Assembly: GCA_963693365.1 (NCBI GenBank)
Contig: CAVNZM010000017.1
Coordinates: 3,267,375 to 3,331,374, forward strand
DNA from: Amoebidium appalachense
Taxonomy: Eukaryota; Protista; Ichthyosporea
Length of the DNA stretch: 64,000 nt
Reading direction: 5' to 3'
Under the pieces are notes generated by a model that saw only the letters and a program-made list of their open reading frames with translations, had not been told where the DNA came from and ran no database searches. The translations under genes and the position numbers were made by a program. Of this stretch, positions 36,005 to 50,281 are shown one piece after another. Numbering within the stretch: position 1 is the stretch's first letter; each line of letters starts with the position of its first letter.

Positions 36005-36425
36005 AGGGCCCAACCACATCGGCTGAGTCAACTTGCTCCGAGCAGAATTATTCTGCAAAAAGAAGAATCATTCAGTAAAAAGCAGAATTATTCTGCAGAA
36101 TCATTCAGCAAACGCAAAATTATTCTGCAAAAGCAGAATCAATCTGCTAAAGGCAGAATTATTCCGCTAAAAGCAGAAATATCCTGCAAAAAGCAGAATT
36201 AATCCGCTAAAAGCAGAATTAATTTCCTGTCGAAAGCAGAATAATTCTGCCTTTTGCGGAATAATTCTGCTAGAAGCAGAATGATTCTGCTAAAAGCAGG
36301 ATGATTCTGCTAAAACCAGAGTGATTCTGCTTTTGCAGAATAATTCTGCTAAACACAGAGTGATTCTGCTTTTGCAGAATAATACTGCTGTTTGCAAGTT
36401 GACTCTGCCGATGTGGTTGGGCCCT
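36005..36425. mobile_element. Foldback/MITE-like palindromic element, ~420 bp
   Basis: TIRs AGGGCCCAACCACATCGGCTGAGTCAACTTGC (36005-36036) and GCAAGTTGACTCTGCCGATGTGGTTGGGCCCT (36394-36425), 1 mismatch; interior made of ~20-bp subrepeats of the near-palindrome GCAGAATTATTCTGC. No clear TSD. Confidence 0.8.
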
Positions 36426-38014
36426 GTCAAGCTCCCGAAAGAAAAGCAGTTATGCCCTAAGTGTCTGATGATTCGGAATCCCCCCCACCCCCCACCCCCT
36501 CCCCTCCCCCCCCTTCCCCACGCCCCGTTTCCACTCCCTCAAAAGTCCTCCATTCGAACTCACGATTACACAGCCAACAATGACTACATAGCCTCAGTAC
36601 CACAAGTGAAGGACATGTTGGAAGTTCCTTCGTGCATTACCCTTATGAATATTGACACAGTGCAAATCCTCAAGATCATAGCGCGCCCACATGCAGAACT
36701 TCTTTCACATACTACATCTCTTTTCCCAGGCTGTATGGCTGCCTGTAAACTTTGGAAATCTTATTCTGTAACAGTAAATGACTTAACACATGCGGCACAC
36801 ACAGGCAAGTCAGTGCACACCGACTGGGAGGCACGGTAGGTTCCCACACACAAACGAGCACGTGCCAGCTTAATAGCGGTGGTGGCTGTGAGGATCTAGT
36901 TGAACCAATTCAAACCCTTGTGTAGACATGGTTGTGTACATTCACGTGCACACCGTGCTGTTCCTCCACAACCAGTCTACGTGCCTTTGTGTCTTCTCGG
37001 CAGAGGCCGGAATAGAGCCTCGGTAGCAGCTACCAATCGGCTGCATCACTTTTAGCTGTATTCCTTATTAGGGCAGTTGCTCTGCACCTTAAGTATGCAG
37101 TTAGGAACGATGCAAAGAACGTGAACACTTTGCCAGCATGTATCTTAGGTGTACGGCACACACTGTGTGCCCTAGACACTTTATTGGGCACTAGACATAC
37201 ACATGTAGCACTGTAGTATAACGTGAAGCTATATTATGATCACCCAGGAGAAGCTCATGTACTCATGCATATGTCATGTACTTTATTATAAGTAGGGCCA
37301 CATGCCTATTGGCTGTCGCCTTACAAAAGTATGCGAGCAGTGCTCTCCGGACCGGCGGAAACCAAGGGACTATAAAAGGCCGGTACATTCCAGACTTGGG
37401 TCACTTGGGCAGGGCTGTGTGTCCGAGTAAACGTTACACTAGTCGTGCGGTGTCAGACTAGCTGTAGCACCCGCTTTCTTGTCTCTATACTCACGTGCTT
37501 CTCCTAGCCTGCATATGTTAACAAGGGCATAGTATTAGGGTATACACACCCTGGTTTTCACTGGTCACGACTCCATGGCCGGGGCCTTGCCTAGCTATAC
37601 GCACCTATAAATGTTTCATGCACTTTTGGCGATAATTAGGTCCCCATTAGGTCACCTACATCCTATGATGTAGTCCATCATCCCACAACCAAACTTCGAC
37701 ATGTGATCTCTCACGACAAAGATGCACAAAGTGTTTGTTATTTGGGCATCCTTACACCTTGCGGCAGACCCCAAGCAGGCTCTGTAACCATGCATGTGCT
37801 CAGGCGTGCATCGAAGAAGACAATAAATACTTAGGATGGCCAGGGTTGGAGGGCTGACAAATAGCCTACCCAGGCCGCCCCTTTACTGTCGCTAAAGTAC
37901 ATCAAATTAGAACTTTGGAGCCCAACTCTGCACAGCAGGTGTGCCTGCAGGAGTCACGGAATAAATTAATCAGTGCTCTTTTTTTTTTTCCCTTTTTTTT
38001 TGGTGGTGGTGGTG

Positions 38015-38073
<59 letters not shown>

Positions 38074-38210
38074 GGGGGCAGGGAAAAGGGGGAGAATGGT
38101 ATTGTGCGTTTGTGTCATGCACACACATGCTTCACCTAAGATTAGTGTTCCTTCTGCAACTGAGCAGCTGCAGTGGTACATGCCGACATCCCCCTTCTCC
38201 CCCCCTCCCC

Positions 38211-39020
<810 letters not shown>

Positions 39021-39703
39021 AAGCGCGCGCACGCGCGTGCACGCGCACCGAAGCGAGCACACACACATCTCACCGCCAGCGAAACTTTTTTCGCCTACCA
39101 GAGTGACACTGTTCCCCAGGCTCTACTACTTTCATTCAGTCCCCGTTTTCTTTAACACTCCACTGGGTTTGCATTCCCCTCGGTATACTAATTGCAGTTG
39201 TGGCTGTGGGAGGGTGACCTAAATACTGTTAATTAGGTATCCCCGTGTGTTTTACTCCCACAATCAAACGTCGTGACATATAATTTTACATCTTAGATGC
39301 ACCAAGTGTGTCTGAGTTGGGCAACCGGATCTTGGGCGTCATGTTCTTAGTGACATGACTGTGCATGTGCCCGCACATGCAGCCTTGGGAGACTCTGCTT
39401 TATCTGTCGAGTGATACAGCTCCTTCTGAGGTTGCCCCATCAGCGTTGCTAAAGCCATTGCGTATTAAACGTATGAAAAAGTACGAGCCATCATATTGGA
39501 GCCGCACAGGAACCGAGACACAATCGTCGGAACCTACATAGGTATCGAGTGGATGAGCGGGTGGTGGGGGGTGGGAGTATTGGTGTATGGGGGGTGGGTG
39601 TGTGTGTGGGGGTGGGGGGGGGAAGGGGAGGGGGGGAGGGGGGGGGGGGGAGGGAGGGGGGGGGGGTGGGGGGAAGGAGACAAGGGGGAAGCTGGAGGCG
39701 CAC

Positions 39704-40084
39704 ATGGTGTTGCATAAGCTGGGCGGGGGCCGTGTGTTGTCGCTGCTGCAGGAAAAAGCACCCATAGGGCACGACACGGAGGTGTTTCTACATGTGCTCA
39801 CCACTTCGCCGTGGCATCTTGGCGACCTGGCCCTGGTCCTGCGGCTGTATGCACCCTGCACGGTGTCGCCACAGCAGGCCCTCAGGGTCATCAAGAACAT
39901 GGGGCCCAGTAGCAACGGACCTTTCGGTGTGGACCGCCTGCGTCTTCTGCTTGCCGACAGCAGGTTTGTGCAGGCCCAGCCCTACAAGGCATTTGGCGAG
40001 TTGGCTGCACGACTCACACAGCCACAGCACAATGATGTGCGCAGCGCCCTGCTGGCCATGTGCACCGTGCCGGGTGCCCCATAA
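39704..40084 (+). CDS. Hypothetical protein or terminal exon of an unknown (possibly decayed) gene
   Basis: Non-repetitive, GC3-rich ORF MVLHKLGGGRVLSLLQEKAP...PWHLGDLALVLRLY...DRLRLLLADSRF...DVRSALLAMCTVPGAP*; codon style resembles the real exons; no domain recognised. Confidence 0.4.
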   Translation: MVLHKLGGGRVLSLLQEKAPIGHDTEVFLHVLTTSPWHLGDLALVLRLYAPCTVSPQQALRVIKNMGPSSNGPFGVDRLRLLLADSRFVQAQPYKAFGELAARLTQPQHNDVRSALLAMCTVPGAP

Positions 40085-40417
40085 TGCCTGAAGGTATGCC
40101 CCCCCCCCCCCCCCCCCCCCCCCCCTTTCCACTCGGCCTCCGCCCTACTGAACGGTTTGCAGAGAAAATTTTGCGTGTGGAAGGGTAGGGTAATGGGGTT
40201 GCCTGTGTGGTGTGAGGGGGTGTGTTGTCAAGGATACCTGTGAAGTGGTAGCTACTGGCTTCTGTGTTGAACTCTGTGTGCGGGCGTACATCTTGGGTCA
40301 GTGGATACGAGGAAAGGGCGATGCATGAATTAAGGGCCTGTTTCCGGTGTGAGTCAGTCTGAGACTGACCCCTAGGAAATCTTTTGCTTTTGCTTTTGCC
40401 AAAGTAGAGCTTTTTTT

Positions 40418-40504
<87 letters not shown>

Positions 40505-41594
40505 GGGGGCAGACATGGTGTGCCTGTCTGTGTGTGTGTGTGTGTGCGTGTTTGTGGTGGTGGTCGCGGTTGTTGTTGTGGTGGTGGGGTGTGTGTGTGT
40601 GTTTGTGTAGGGGTGGGGTGTTTGGGGGGCATTGGGGGGTTGGTTTACCAATATATGGGAGTGGTATGGGTTGGATACTTTAAGGGGATATGAAGAGGAA
40701 AAGAAAGACCTAGGGGGCGCTGGCGCTCACAACTGGAACTCACACAAAGCTCTCTGTGTCCCATGCCGACTAGCCCCCTTGCCCCCCCCCCCTCCCCCCC
40801 CCCCAGCTCCCCTTCCCCATCCTACCCACTCCCGTTTGCACACAGCTGTCACACACAGGTCTGTGCCAAGCCTTGTCGGCAGAAGAATGAAGAATGAAGG
40901 CTGTCAATGTGATATTTCGAATGACAGGCCAGTGTGCCAGAAGCCTTATAGACAGACCAGGGCACCCGTAACATGCATATGCGTGCCTTCGTGTGTTTCC
41001 TCATGCCTGTGTCCCTTGACTGACCAAATATTAGAACTCAAGGAGTTGTGTTGTGCCTCCACCTTTACTGGAACTTTTTTTTAAGGTAATATTAGTAAGC
41101 CAGGTAGGCAGTACGTAGGCCATGTAGCCATGTACATACATAACATGAGGAGCAGTGCTCCCACTTAGTAATATTAATATTAGTTGCCAATAAATAAACC
41201 GTGTAGACTGTTTTCCTCAACTGTTGCATTTTTGCTTTGTGTTGGAGATCTTTGTTTCCTAGAATGACATACCCGTTGACCATATGGAGTTCCTCATGCG
41301 TGCACGTGCACCGCGCAAGCAACAATTGCAATTGCAAGGGAGCTCGGGGTTCATGTGTATTTTGGTACGTATCAGTGCGTGTTCACACCGACACAATATA
41401 AAGGGTGTTCATTTACTGCGGCTGGGGCACAACCTGTATGCCAGCTGCTTGCCTCCTGCATGATATATGAGCTGTGCAGTGAGTGAGGTGCCCCCCTAGC
41501 TGCATGCCAAGAAAGGAATGAACTGACCCGCCACATGACAAGAGCGGGATGAGGTATCTCGGGGTGACCGGTCTTTCTGCTTTTTAAGAGGTGA

Positions 41595-41990
41595 ATGAGA
41601 TGCCCGGCCCAGCTGTGCATGCATTATACAAGCAATGAGATGTCCCGGCCCAGCTGCATTATACAAGCAATTAGATGTCCTGGCCCAGCTGCATTATACA
41701 AGCAATGAGATGTCCCGGCCCAGCTGCATTAATACTAGGGAGCATTGAGGTGCCAACCAACTGCATTAAACGAGCTTACCCCAGCTGCATTTTAGGAGCA
41801 ATGCACGTGCTACCCATCTGCATTAAACGAGTAAACGTCCCAGCTTTATTAAGTTAATTGATCATGGAGCAATGAGGTGCCACTCATCTGTTCAATAAGA
41901 GTAACCCAGCTGCATTATGGGAGCGATGAGGTGCCACCCACCTGCTTTAAACAAGAAAACCCAGCAGCAATATAGGAGCGATGGGGTGGC
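41595..41990. repeat. Degenerate ~36-bp tandem array
   Basis: GAGATGTCCCGGCCCAGCTGCATTATACAAGCAAT x4, decaying rightward into related GAGCAATGAGGTGCCAC..CTGCATTAAACGAG units. Confidence 0.75.
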
Positions 41991-43362
41991 GGGGCCCCTG
42001 CATAAGGGGTCAAACTTTTGCCTTCCTGAACACGAACCACCTAAGTTAGTGAACACAGTCGGCGCCTGGAAGCCTCATGAGCCCTTCAACGAGTCTGTCC
42101 GCTTGCGGCTGCTGCAGGGCCCGGCGCCCTGCCGCAGCCTTGGCAGGGCCGCCGCAGCCCCTGGCAGCCAGGAAACGGGGCGCACATCTTCTTTGCATCG
42201 GGGCGAAATCCGGGAAATGACAACCTTTTCGGTCATAGTTGCTACTTGGCTTGAGTGAGGGCCTACGAGGCGTAGGTTCAAATGGGGGACAATTACGGTA
42301 ATTTTGCAAACCCTGTGTCCAAACAACCAATCTCGCGCGCAACAAGATGATTGGGTTATCAATAGATAGTGCAACCAATCAAAAGTGCTCTTACAGAGTC
42401 GTGCAGCAAGACTTATGCTGCCGTCACATGTAGGTACAGCAAATACGTGCTAAAATGACTAATAGCTTTAGCTTTTAAACACATGTCTAAGTAAATAAAA
42501 CAATAATTCAGGTTTCAAAAAAAGCGCATTTGCAAAAAAACGATACAAATTCCAATGCAATAGCCTTGTGGTCTCGTAATAGAAGCTTGGCAGCAGCACA
42601 GCTGCGCTGAGTTTGTTTGTATGTATTGATATTTGCCCTCCTCCTTAGGATCTTGGAATATGTTTGAGATTGAGAACTCAGAGCCGGCACTTGTGCTGCC
42701 AGGCCAACAGAACCGTTCTACAACGTACATAGCTGTTTAGAGTCATACCTAAACACTACCGACAAAAAGCATACGTCTATTGCATGCAGCTTACACTTTC
42801 CAGAGCGAATTAAACAAATATCAGGTTCTTTCTTCCACGGTGTGCCTCATGGCACCCCCAGGCTGCGTTTCTTTCCAGGCCGCTTGCCACATCATTTTCA
42901 CCACCCAAAGTAACCACCTGTAGAACTGCATACCAATCCTCTTGAGGTGGTGTGAAGATCCTTGCACACGCTGCATGAAGGAAGGGCCTATCAGAGCCAG
43001 TTTCAGTTCATCACCGCTGCCTTCTTTTTCCTGCATAGAGGCGCACTTTCCCGACGTAGCTCCAGTTACTGCCTTTAAAGCCAAACCCCTAAGCAGCCTG
43101 GTGCCGCTTCCCCTAGGACCTTGCTGCTAGTATGAGCGCAGAGCCGCCTGGGTCGCCGGGCTCAGACCCCGGCTCGCCGTCGACCACACGCGGGCAATTT
43201 GTGCTGGAGTCTACTATACCTGGGTAGGCGGGGGGCGGGGGGTGGGGGGTGGGGGGGTAGGGCTGGGTAGGGCGGGGAGGTGGGGAGGGAGGGGGGAAGG
43301 GAGGCGGGGGAGGGGGGAGCAAGTTGGCCTGTATTCGGAGGAAATCTAGACAGATGTGCAAC

Positions 43363-44014
43363 ATGGACTACTCAGTCCTGCCAGGTCATTCCATAGCCAA
43401 GCAAAGTGCTTGTGACGTTCAGCCGGTGGCGTTCTGTGTGAGCTTGTCAAGAAAGGTGCGGTCGGAGACAGGCAGAGGGTTGATGTTAGGGCAGGGTAAA
43501 AAGGGTGAATGTGTGTGCTCCATTATCCGGGTGTAAGATGTTGTTTGTGAAACGTGCATTGACGTTTGCATTTGTCACACATCTTGTGACAGGTGAGCCT
43601 AAGGCATACCTGCACGTGCGTGCCACTATGCCTGCTTTATGCTGACAGGATCACAGGGCCGGACGGCTGGATATCGACGTGAATGCGCTGCAGGGCATAA
43701 GCAACGACCCAGACAAGGCCGCAGTCACCACTGCACAGACGGCTGAGTGGTGCGTCTACCTCACATATCCAGCACCCCGACCTCATCATAACACAGAAAA
43801 ACCACCTATCTGGTCGCCCATACCTAGCCTCCCCCCTCCCCTGCCTTGTCCCCCTCTTGCTTAGAGACCTTTCCCAGGATCTCACCCCTCGACATTCGAC
43901 ATCTACCGCGGTCAGGTTGTGGTATGTTAATATTAGAGAGTAAGACATGTAGGCATTCTTCAAGCGCTTGGGGCACATACACATCAATATGTATGCCCGT
44001 GGGCATGCGTGCAT

Positions 44015-44083
<69 letters not shown>

Positions 44084-44330
44084 CGCGCGCACACACACAC
44101 ACGCACACAGGCGCACACATGCACACACACACAGACAGACAGACAGACACACATGCACACACACACACACAAACACACATACCACTCTTGCACACGCCTG
44201 CACACACACACACACTCACATACACTCACATACAATTACACTCATACTCTTGCACACGCGTGCGTTCGCGCTCAAGTATGCGTGCACACACATGCGTTCG
44301 TGTGCTCTCACGCACACAACCTTAAACACA

Positions 44331-44380
<50 letters not shown>

Positions 44381-45134
44381 ACACACACATACACACACAC
44401 ACGCACGCACGCACATGCACACATGCACACGAACACACACACAAGCTTGCACGCATCCCTACACACAACTCCCCCCCCTCCCCCCTCCCCCCTCCTCCTC
44501 CCCCTCCCCAAAGTCCCCCTTGCCCACCACATACAGGCCTGTAAACACCCACTATATGCTCTAGACAGCATAATAGCTCCAACTCCTACCCCCCTTTTTC
44601 TGTTATCTCACGCCCGGTGTGCAGGCTGCAAGGCAACTACCACACCAACGAGGATGCCGGGCTGCCCCGCAACCTCCTGCACCACCACTACTACTGCTAT
44701 TGTGTGGCGAAGGTGCAGGGACACCCCGGGGGGGGTCTGGAATGGATTCTCTTTTTGTTTTAGAGAGGCTCTAGGGAGTACTTCAGCTTTGAAGGACACA
44801 ACATGCAGAGTTATATGGGCCCGGCGGCGGGCCGGGGGGGGGGGGGGGGGGGGAGGGAGGGGGGAAGGAAGAGGGGAGGGGGGGGGGGAGGAGGGGGAAG
44901 GAAGGGGGGGGGGGGGGGGGGAGGGGTATAAAGATCCGAGGTGAGTGGTTTCAGTCAGGGAGGGAAGAGCTTCTTCTTTTTTTGGGGGGGGGGGGGTGGG
45001 GGGGGGTTGATTAGGCAGAGGAACGTTACGTTCTAAAGCGTTTGCCTTGATGGAGATGCGGTTGTTTTAACCCTCCCCTCATCCCTCCTTCATCCCCCTC
45101 ACCCTTACTCCCAACGTACAGCATTAGAAAGCCT

Positions 45135-45168
<34 letters not shown>

Positions 45169-45335
45169 ACCACCACCACCACCACCACCACCACCACCAC
45201 CACCAAAAATAAAATAAGATGAGATAAATAACTAAAAAAAATAAAGATAAAAAGAAAGAGAGAAATAAAGAAGGAAAAAAAAAAGGACTTATTGGGGGGG
45301 GGGGATTTTGAACGTAGAGGTAGGGATGAGGGGGA

Positions 45336-45383
<48 letters not shown>

Positions 45384-45815
45384 GGGGGGGAGAGAGAGAG
45401 AGAGAGACAAATTTTCAACATCAATAGCGCGAAGAAAAGGGAAAGAAAAGCAGGAAAGAGGCAGAAGGAGAAAACATGCCCTGACTTTACAGGCCACCCC
45501 CCCTAATACTCCCCCATTGTCAGCGCCTCACCCCCGTCAACGGAGCCACATTTGGGAAGATTCTGCGATCGGTGTTCCCTGACATGAGGGTTAGAAGGTT
45601 GGGCAACAGGGGGCAGTCAAGGTGGGCACACACACGCAGAGAAAGAGAGAGAGGCATGCACACACACATACACTCACACATGCTCACACACATACACACG
45701 GACACACACAAACATGTGACCACACACACATGCAAATACATACATACACACACACTCTCTCTTGCAGACACGCGCACACACACACACATGCACATAAAAA
45801 AAACACACCCCTGCT

Positions 45816-45870
<55 letters not shown>

Positions 45871-45962
45871 GCACACGAAATGCACACATACTGCACTGAC
45901 CGACATATACACACTCTCTTCCTCCCTTCCTCCCCATATTTCCAACCCTCTAACACATACAT

Positions 45963-45994
<32 letters not shown>

Positions 45995-46305
45995 CCTGTC
46001 CTCCTCTCTCCCTCCCTGTCTGTCTCTCTCTCGTCCCTTTCTCCCCTCCCCCCCCCCCCCCCCCCCCCCCTCTCTGTCCTCACCCCCCCGCCCATTCTAA
46101 TCCCTGTTGTGGTGCATTGATCCCGATGGTGCTTGAGCAGAGGGGTTGCTGCCTCCGTCAATAATGGGATTGTGGGGGGGGGGGGGGGGGGGGGGGGGGA
46201 GGGGAGGGGAGGGGGGGGGAGGGGGGGGGGGGGGAGAGAGAGAGAGAGAGGGGGGGGGGGGGGGGGGGGAGGGGAGGTTGGCCCTCTCGATTGGAGCCCG
46301 TGTGA

Positions 46306-46372
<67 letters not shown>

Positions 46373-48279
46373 CGGGGGAAGGGTGGGGGAGGTATGGGTA
46401 CTTACGTGGGGAATGCAGGTACCACTATTGTGGGATAGCGCCAAAGGAGACATCACCGTACTATCCAGACTACATGAGCTACGAAGCAGAGAGGTGGGTG
46501 GGCACACACACACACACACACACGCACACACACATTCACCCGTATTCATGTGTGCGCGCACACACACACACACACACACATGCACACGTACACACACACA
46601 CACACAAACACACATGCACACGTACACACACACACACACAAACACACACATGCACACGTACACACACACACACAAACACACACTTGCACACGTACACACA
46701 CACACAGGTACACGTATGCATGTGCGCACAAGCGCACACGCCCACCACATGCTCGTGCACACACAGGGAGTTAGGAGATGGTTGGTGACATTCCAGTGCG
46801 CAACTATAGCGAGAGGGGCCCTGGGGCCTGAGAAAGGGGGTAGCTATTTAACGAGCCTTGACTCATGCACACATGATGCACTTACAGGCATGTACACGTG
46901 CACACACACACACACACTGCGCGCGCGATAAAAAGCATGTACGGGCCTTGGTAATCAGTGGCTTCACACATGCACACACACACAATCACACTGTGTGCCC
47001 AGCACACCTTCGGCTGCCCAGCACATTGCTGCTGCATGTGTGTGCGTTTCAGTCTCTTCTCATTTCTACATGTGCATCCCCCCCCAAACACCCACCCCCT
47101 CCCCTCCTCCCCATCCGCCTCTCTCTACCTTTCTTCGTCCCCAGCTGCCATTCTTTTCTGCCGACCACTTCTCCCTTTTTTCCGGGCTTGTTTTTTTACG
47201 CACACAGCCCTGCCCAACCTTTTTCTTGCATGTGTGTCCGTCTATGTATCATTCTCACCAGAACCCCTTTCAAACCCTGTGTGCCTGTGTGTGTGCGCTT
47301 ACCAGTAACCCCTGTAGTGCTACACCTCTGTCTCTGCCTGTGTGTGTATACCGCCTTCCCCCCCCCCCCCCCCCCCCGTCCTCCTTCCCCCCTCTCCCCT
47401 TCTCCCCCTCAAGCCCACCTTCCCACACAACCTGCCACCCTCCCCCTTCTTGGGCCTCTCCTCTCACCCCCTCCCTCCCCCCCAATCCCCCCTCCCCGCC
47501 TCCCCTCCCCACAACCACCACCACCCACCCACCCACCCCACCCCACCTCCACCCTCACCTCCACCCCCCTTGCACCCCCTCTGTCTGTGGCTGTGTTCTA
47601 ACCACACACACAGGATCAAGCGCAAGTGTGCCAGCACAGGGCTGATGCCTGGAGAGCAGGAGCTAGCTACCCTCCAAGCAGCCGCAAATGTCACAGCAGC
47701 AAGGCAAGACCACACAGACACACAGCAGGTGGGGGTTATGTCTTTCTCTGTGTGTGGGTGGGTGTGTTTGCGTGTGTGGGTGTGTGGGTGGGTGGGTGGG
47801 TGTGTTGTGTGTGTGTGAGGGGTTCATGTGTGTGTGCATGTCTGTGTGCATGCACGTGTGTAGGAGCACATGCACCACGGTTCAGCACGAGTGCATTCCT
47901 ATCCTACCGAGAGAACATCAGCTGCAATCCAAGACCTAGGCACACGCAAATTACCTTATAAGTTGCCCCGTTCTGTCAGTCATCCGTAGCCTACCCTACT
48001 CTTCTGCACGATACCGTACCCCCCTGACTGTGGTTGGTTGCATGCTTGAACGTTTACTTTTTCATGCGCCCTGTACCATATTTCTCATCGCTTAGTTGTA
48101 CCTCGCGCCGTGTTCCTCATCTCCTACTAACCCCCCCTGTCTGTATTTTCAGAGCGCAGGGATGCTTGGTGACCAGGGAGACCTGCTAGTGGATGTGACT
48201 AAGCCCCGGGGCAGAGACCAGGTCATGGCCGACAGGGCCAGAATACAGCTGCAGGTACGAAATTTCTTCTTTGAACCCC

Positions 48280-48318
<39 letters not shown>

Positions 48319-49857
48319 ACACACACACGCACACCTTCATGGTTTTTCTCACGAAGAGCTTTTGGAGTCCCGGGGGGGGGGGGGGGGGGGGGGGCTGGGG
48401 GGGATGTCGCAGAAGTCATGTGCCCCCTCAACCCCACCCTCCTCCCTCCCTCCCACACACCGAAAAGAAGAAGAAAGCCTTGTTCGGCGTTGAGGACGGT
48501 AGAGATTTGAAAGACATTGCATGAGGCGGCATGTCACCCTCCTTATGATGCATCATGCCTCATTCTAGTTTGTTTCTCTCTGCCAAACTGCGGCGTGTCT
48601 CCATTTGATCCGCCAGCGGTCCTCTGTTTTCAAACACCGTAATCCACCCTATTCCATCCTCCGTCTATGCTCACACAACACACACACATACACATACATA
48701 CACACACACACACAACTCCCCCCCCCACACACACACACAACTCCCGCACACACACACACACACACCGTGACGTACACACATACACAACGTGCGCGCGCAC
48801 GCACACATATACACATACACACACACACACACACACACGTTCACACATACACACACGCGCGCCGTCCGCAGTTCCCCACACGGCAATTTGTGTCCCTACC
48901 TGCACAGGTTACCGCAGATGAAGCCAACAGCCTGTTGGCCCGTTACCGTGTGCATGTCAGTGAGGTGCTGGACTGGGTTGCACGCACGGACTTTGCTGAG
49001 GCATGTGCACGCGCCCCCCCCCCCCCTCCGCCCCTCCCCCCACACACACACAAACACCCGCCCCGTCCCCACTCTCCTTTCTTTCTCTCTCAGCTCCTTC
49101 CTTTTTCAGCTTCAACCACCCCTTCCCCCTCCCCCCTCCCCCCCCCCCCCCCCCCCCCCCCCCCCCTGCCCATGACGTGGGCCCCCCCTGAGGATGGGCT
49201 CTGCTTATTATGCATACTCCTTATGTATGGTTTGCATTCTGCATCGTGTTATCCGTTGTTCTTATGTACTTCGTACTTTATGACGCATTCAAACCCCCCC
49301 CCCCCCCCCAGCCCCATGCATACTGTTTTATGTGTTGAAACAGTTTGTATTTCGTTGTTACTCGTGAATGTGTACCACGTTTACTGTAACACAATTAAAC
49401 CCCCCCCCCCCCCCCCCCCCCCCCCTTTCCCTTTCGCCCTAAGTGCATGCTCCTGGTTACATGGTTGAGCGAGCACCTGGTGATGTAGAGACCTCTTTAT
49501 GACTTAACTATGTGTATGTGAGCATGTGTATTCGGGGTGGGGCCTCTCTCTCTCTCTGTCTCTCTCTCTCTCTCCCCCCCCCCCCCCTCCCCCCCCCCCC
49601 CCTTCTCCCCTTTCTTCTTGTCTCTCTCCAACATTGCGCCCCCTCCCCCCACACCTCCACAGGCGCACACACACACACACACTTCCCTTAGATTGCTTCA
49701 CATTTCCATTTGGCCCTAACCCCCCGTGCAGGTTGAGAGTGCATGGTTCAAGTTCTGGCAGGGGCTGCCTGAGGGCAGTGATCGGGTGCTGGAGTGTGCC
49801 GAGGTCATAGATGTCATCGCTATGTGGGACGACATCTTCTGCAACGTACGGGCACAC

Positions 49858-49893
<36 letters not shown>

Positions 49894-50250
49894 ATGTGCA
49901 TGTGCATGTGCCTGCGTGTGTGCATGTGTGTGTTTCATGTTGGTCACGTGGTGTGCATGGTTGGGGTTGTGTGTTCACTATATTGACACATTGTACACTC
50001 TTTGCTCCTAACTTGTCTGGGTTGTTGTTTCGTGCCTGTGTGTGTGTGCGTGTGAGGGATTTGGGGGGGAGGGTGTACGTGTGTGTGTGTTTGTGGGGGG
50101 GGGGAGAGGGGGTGGTGACGGCAATGAGTCAGTGTGCTGCAAAGGGTAAAGCAATGACGTGGAAGTTGGGGGGGGGGGGGGGGGGAGAGCGGAAAGGGTG
50201 GTGGCAGGGTGGGACAGGTGGGGATACGGGGGGAAGAGGCGAAAGTATGT

Positions 50251-50281
<31 letters not shown>

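Noticed and set aside
40418-40501. ~80-nt pure G run as a specific G-quadruplex element
   Set aside because: Similar runs are ubiquitous in the window and homopolymer lengths are unreliable in assemblies, so no locus-specific claim can be supported.
41595-41990. CRISPR-like array
   Set aside because: The units are contiguous degenerate tandem repeats without unique spacers; eukaryotic context and no cas genes.
42821-43130. P-loop-like GPRGSGT in a minus-strand frame
   Set aside because: Lacks the GK[ST] lysine, is bounded by stops and has no supporting domain context.
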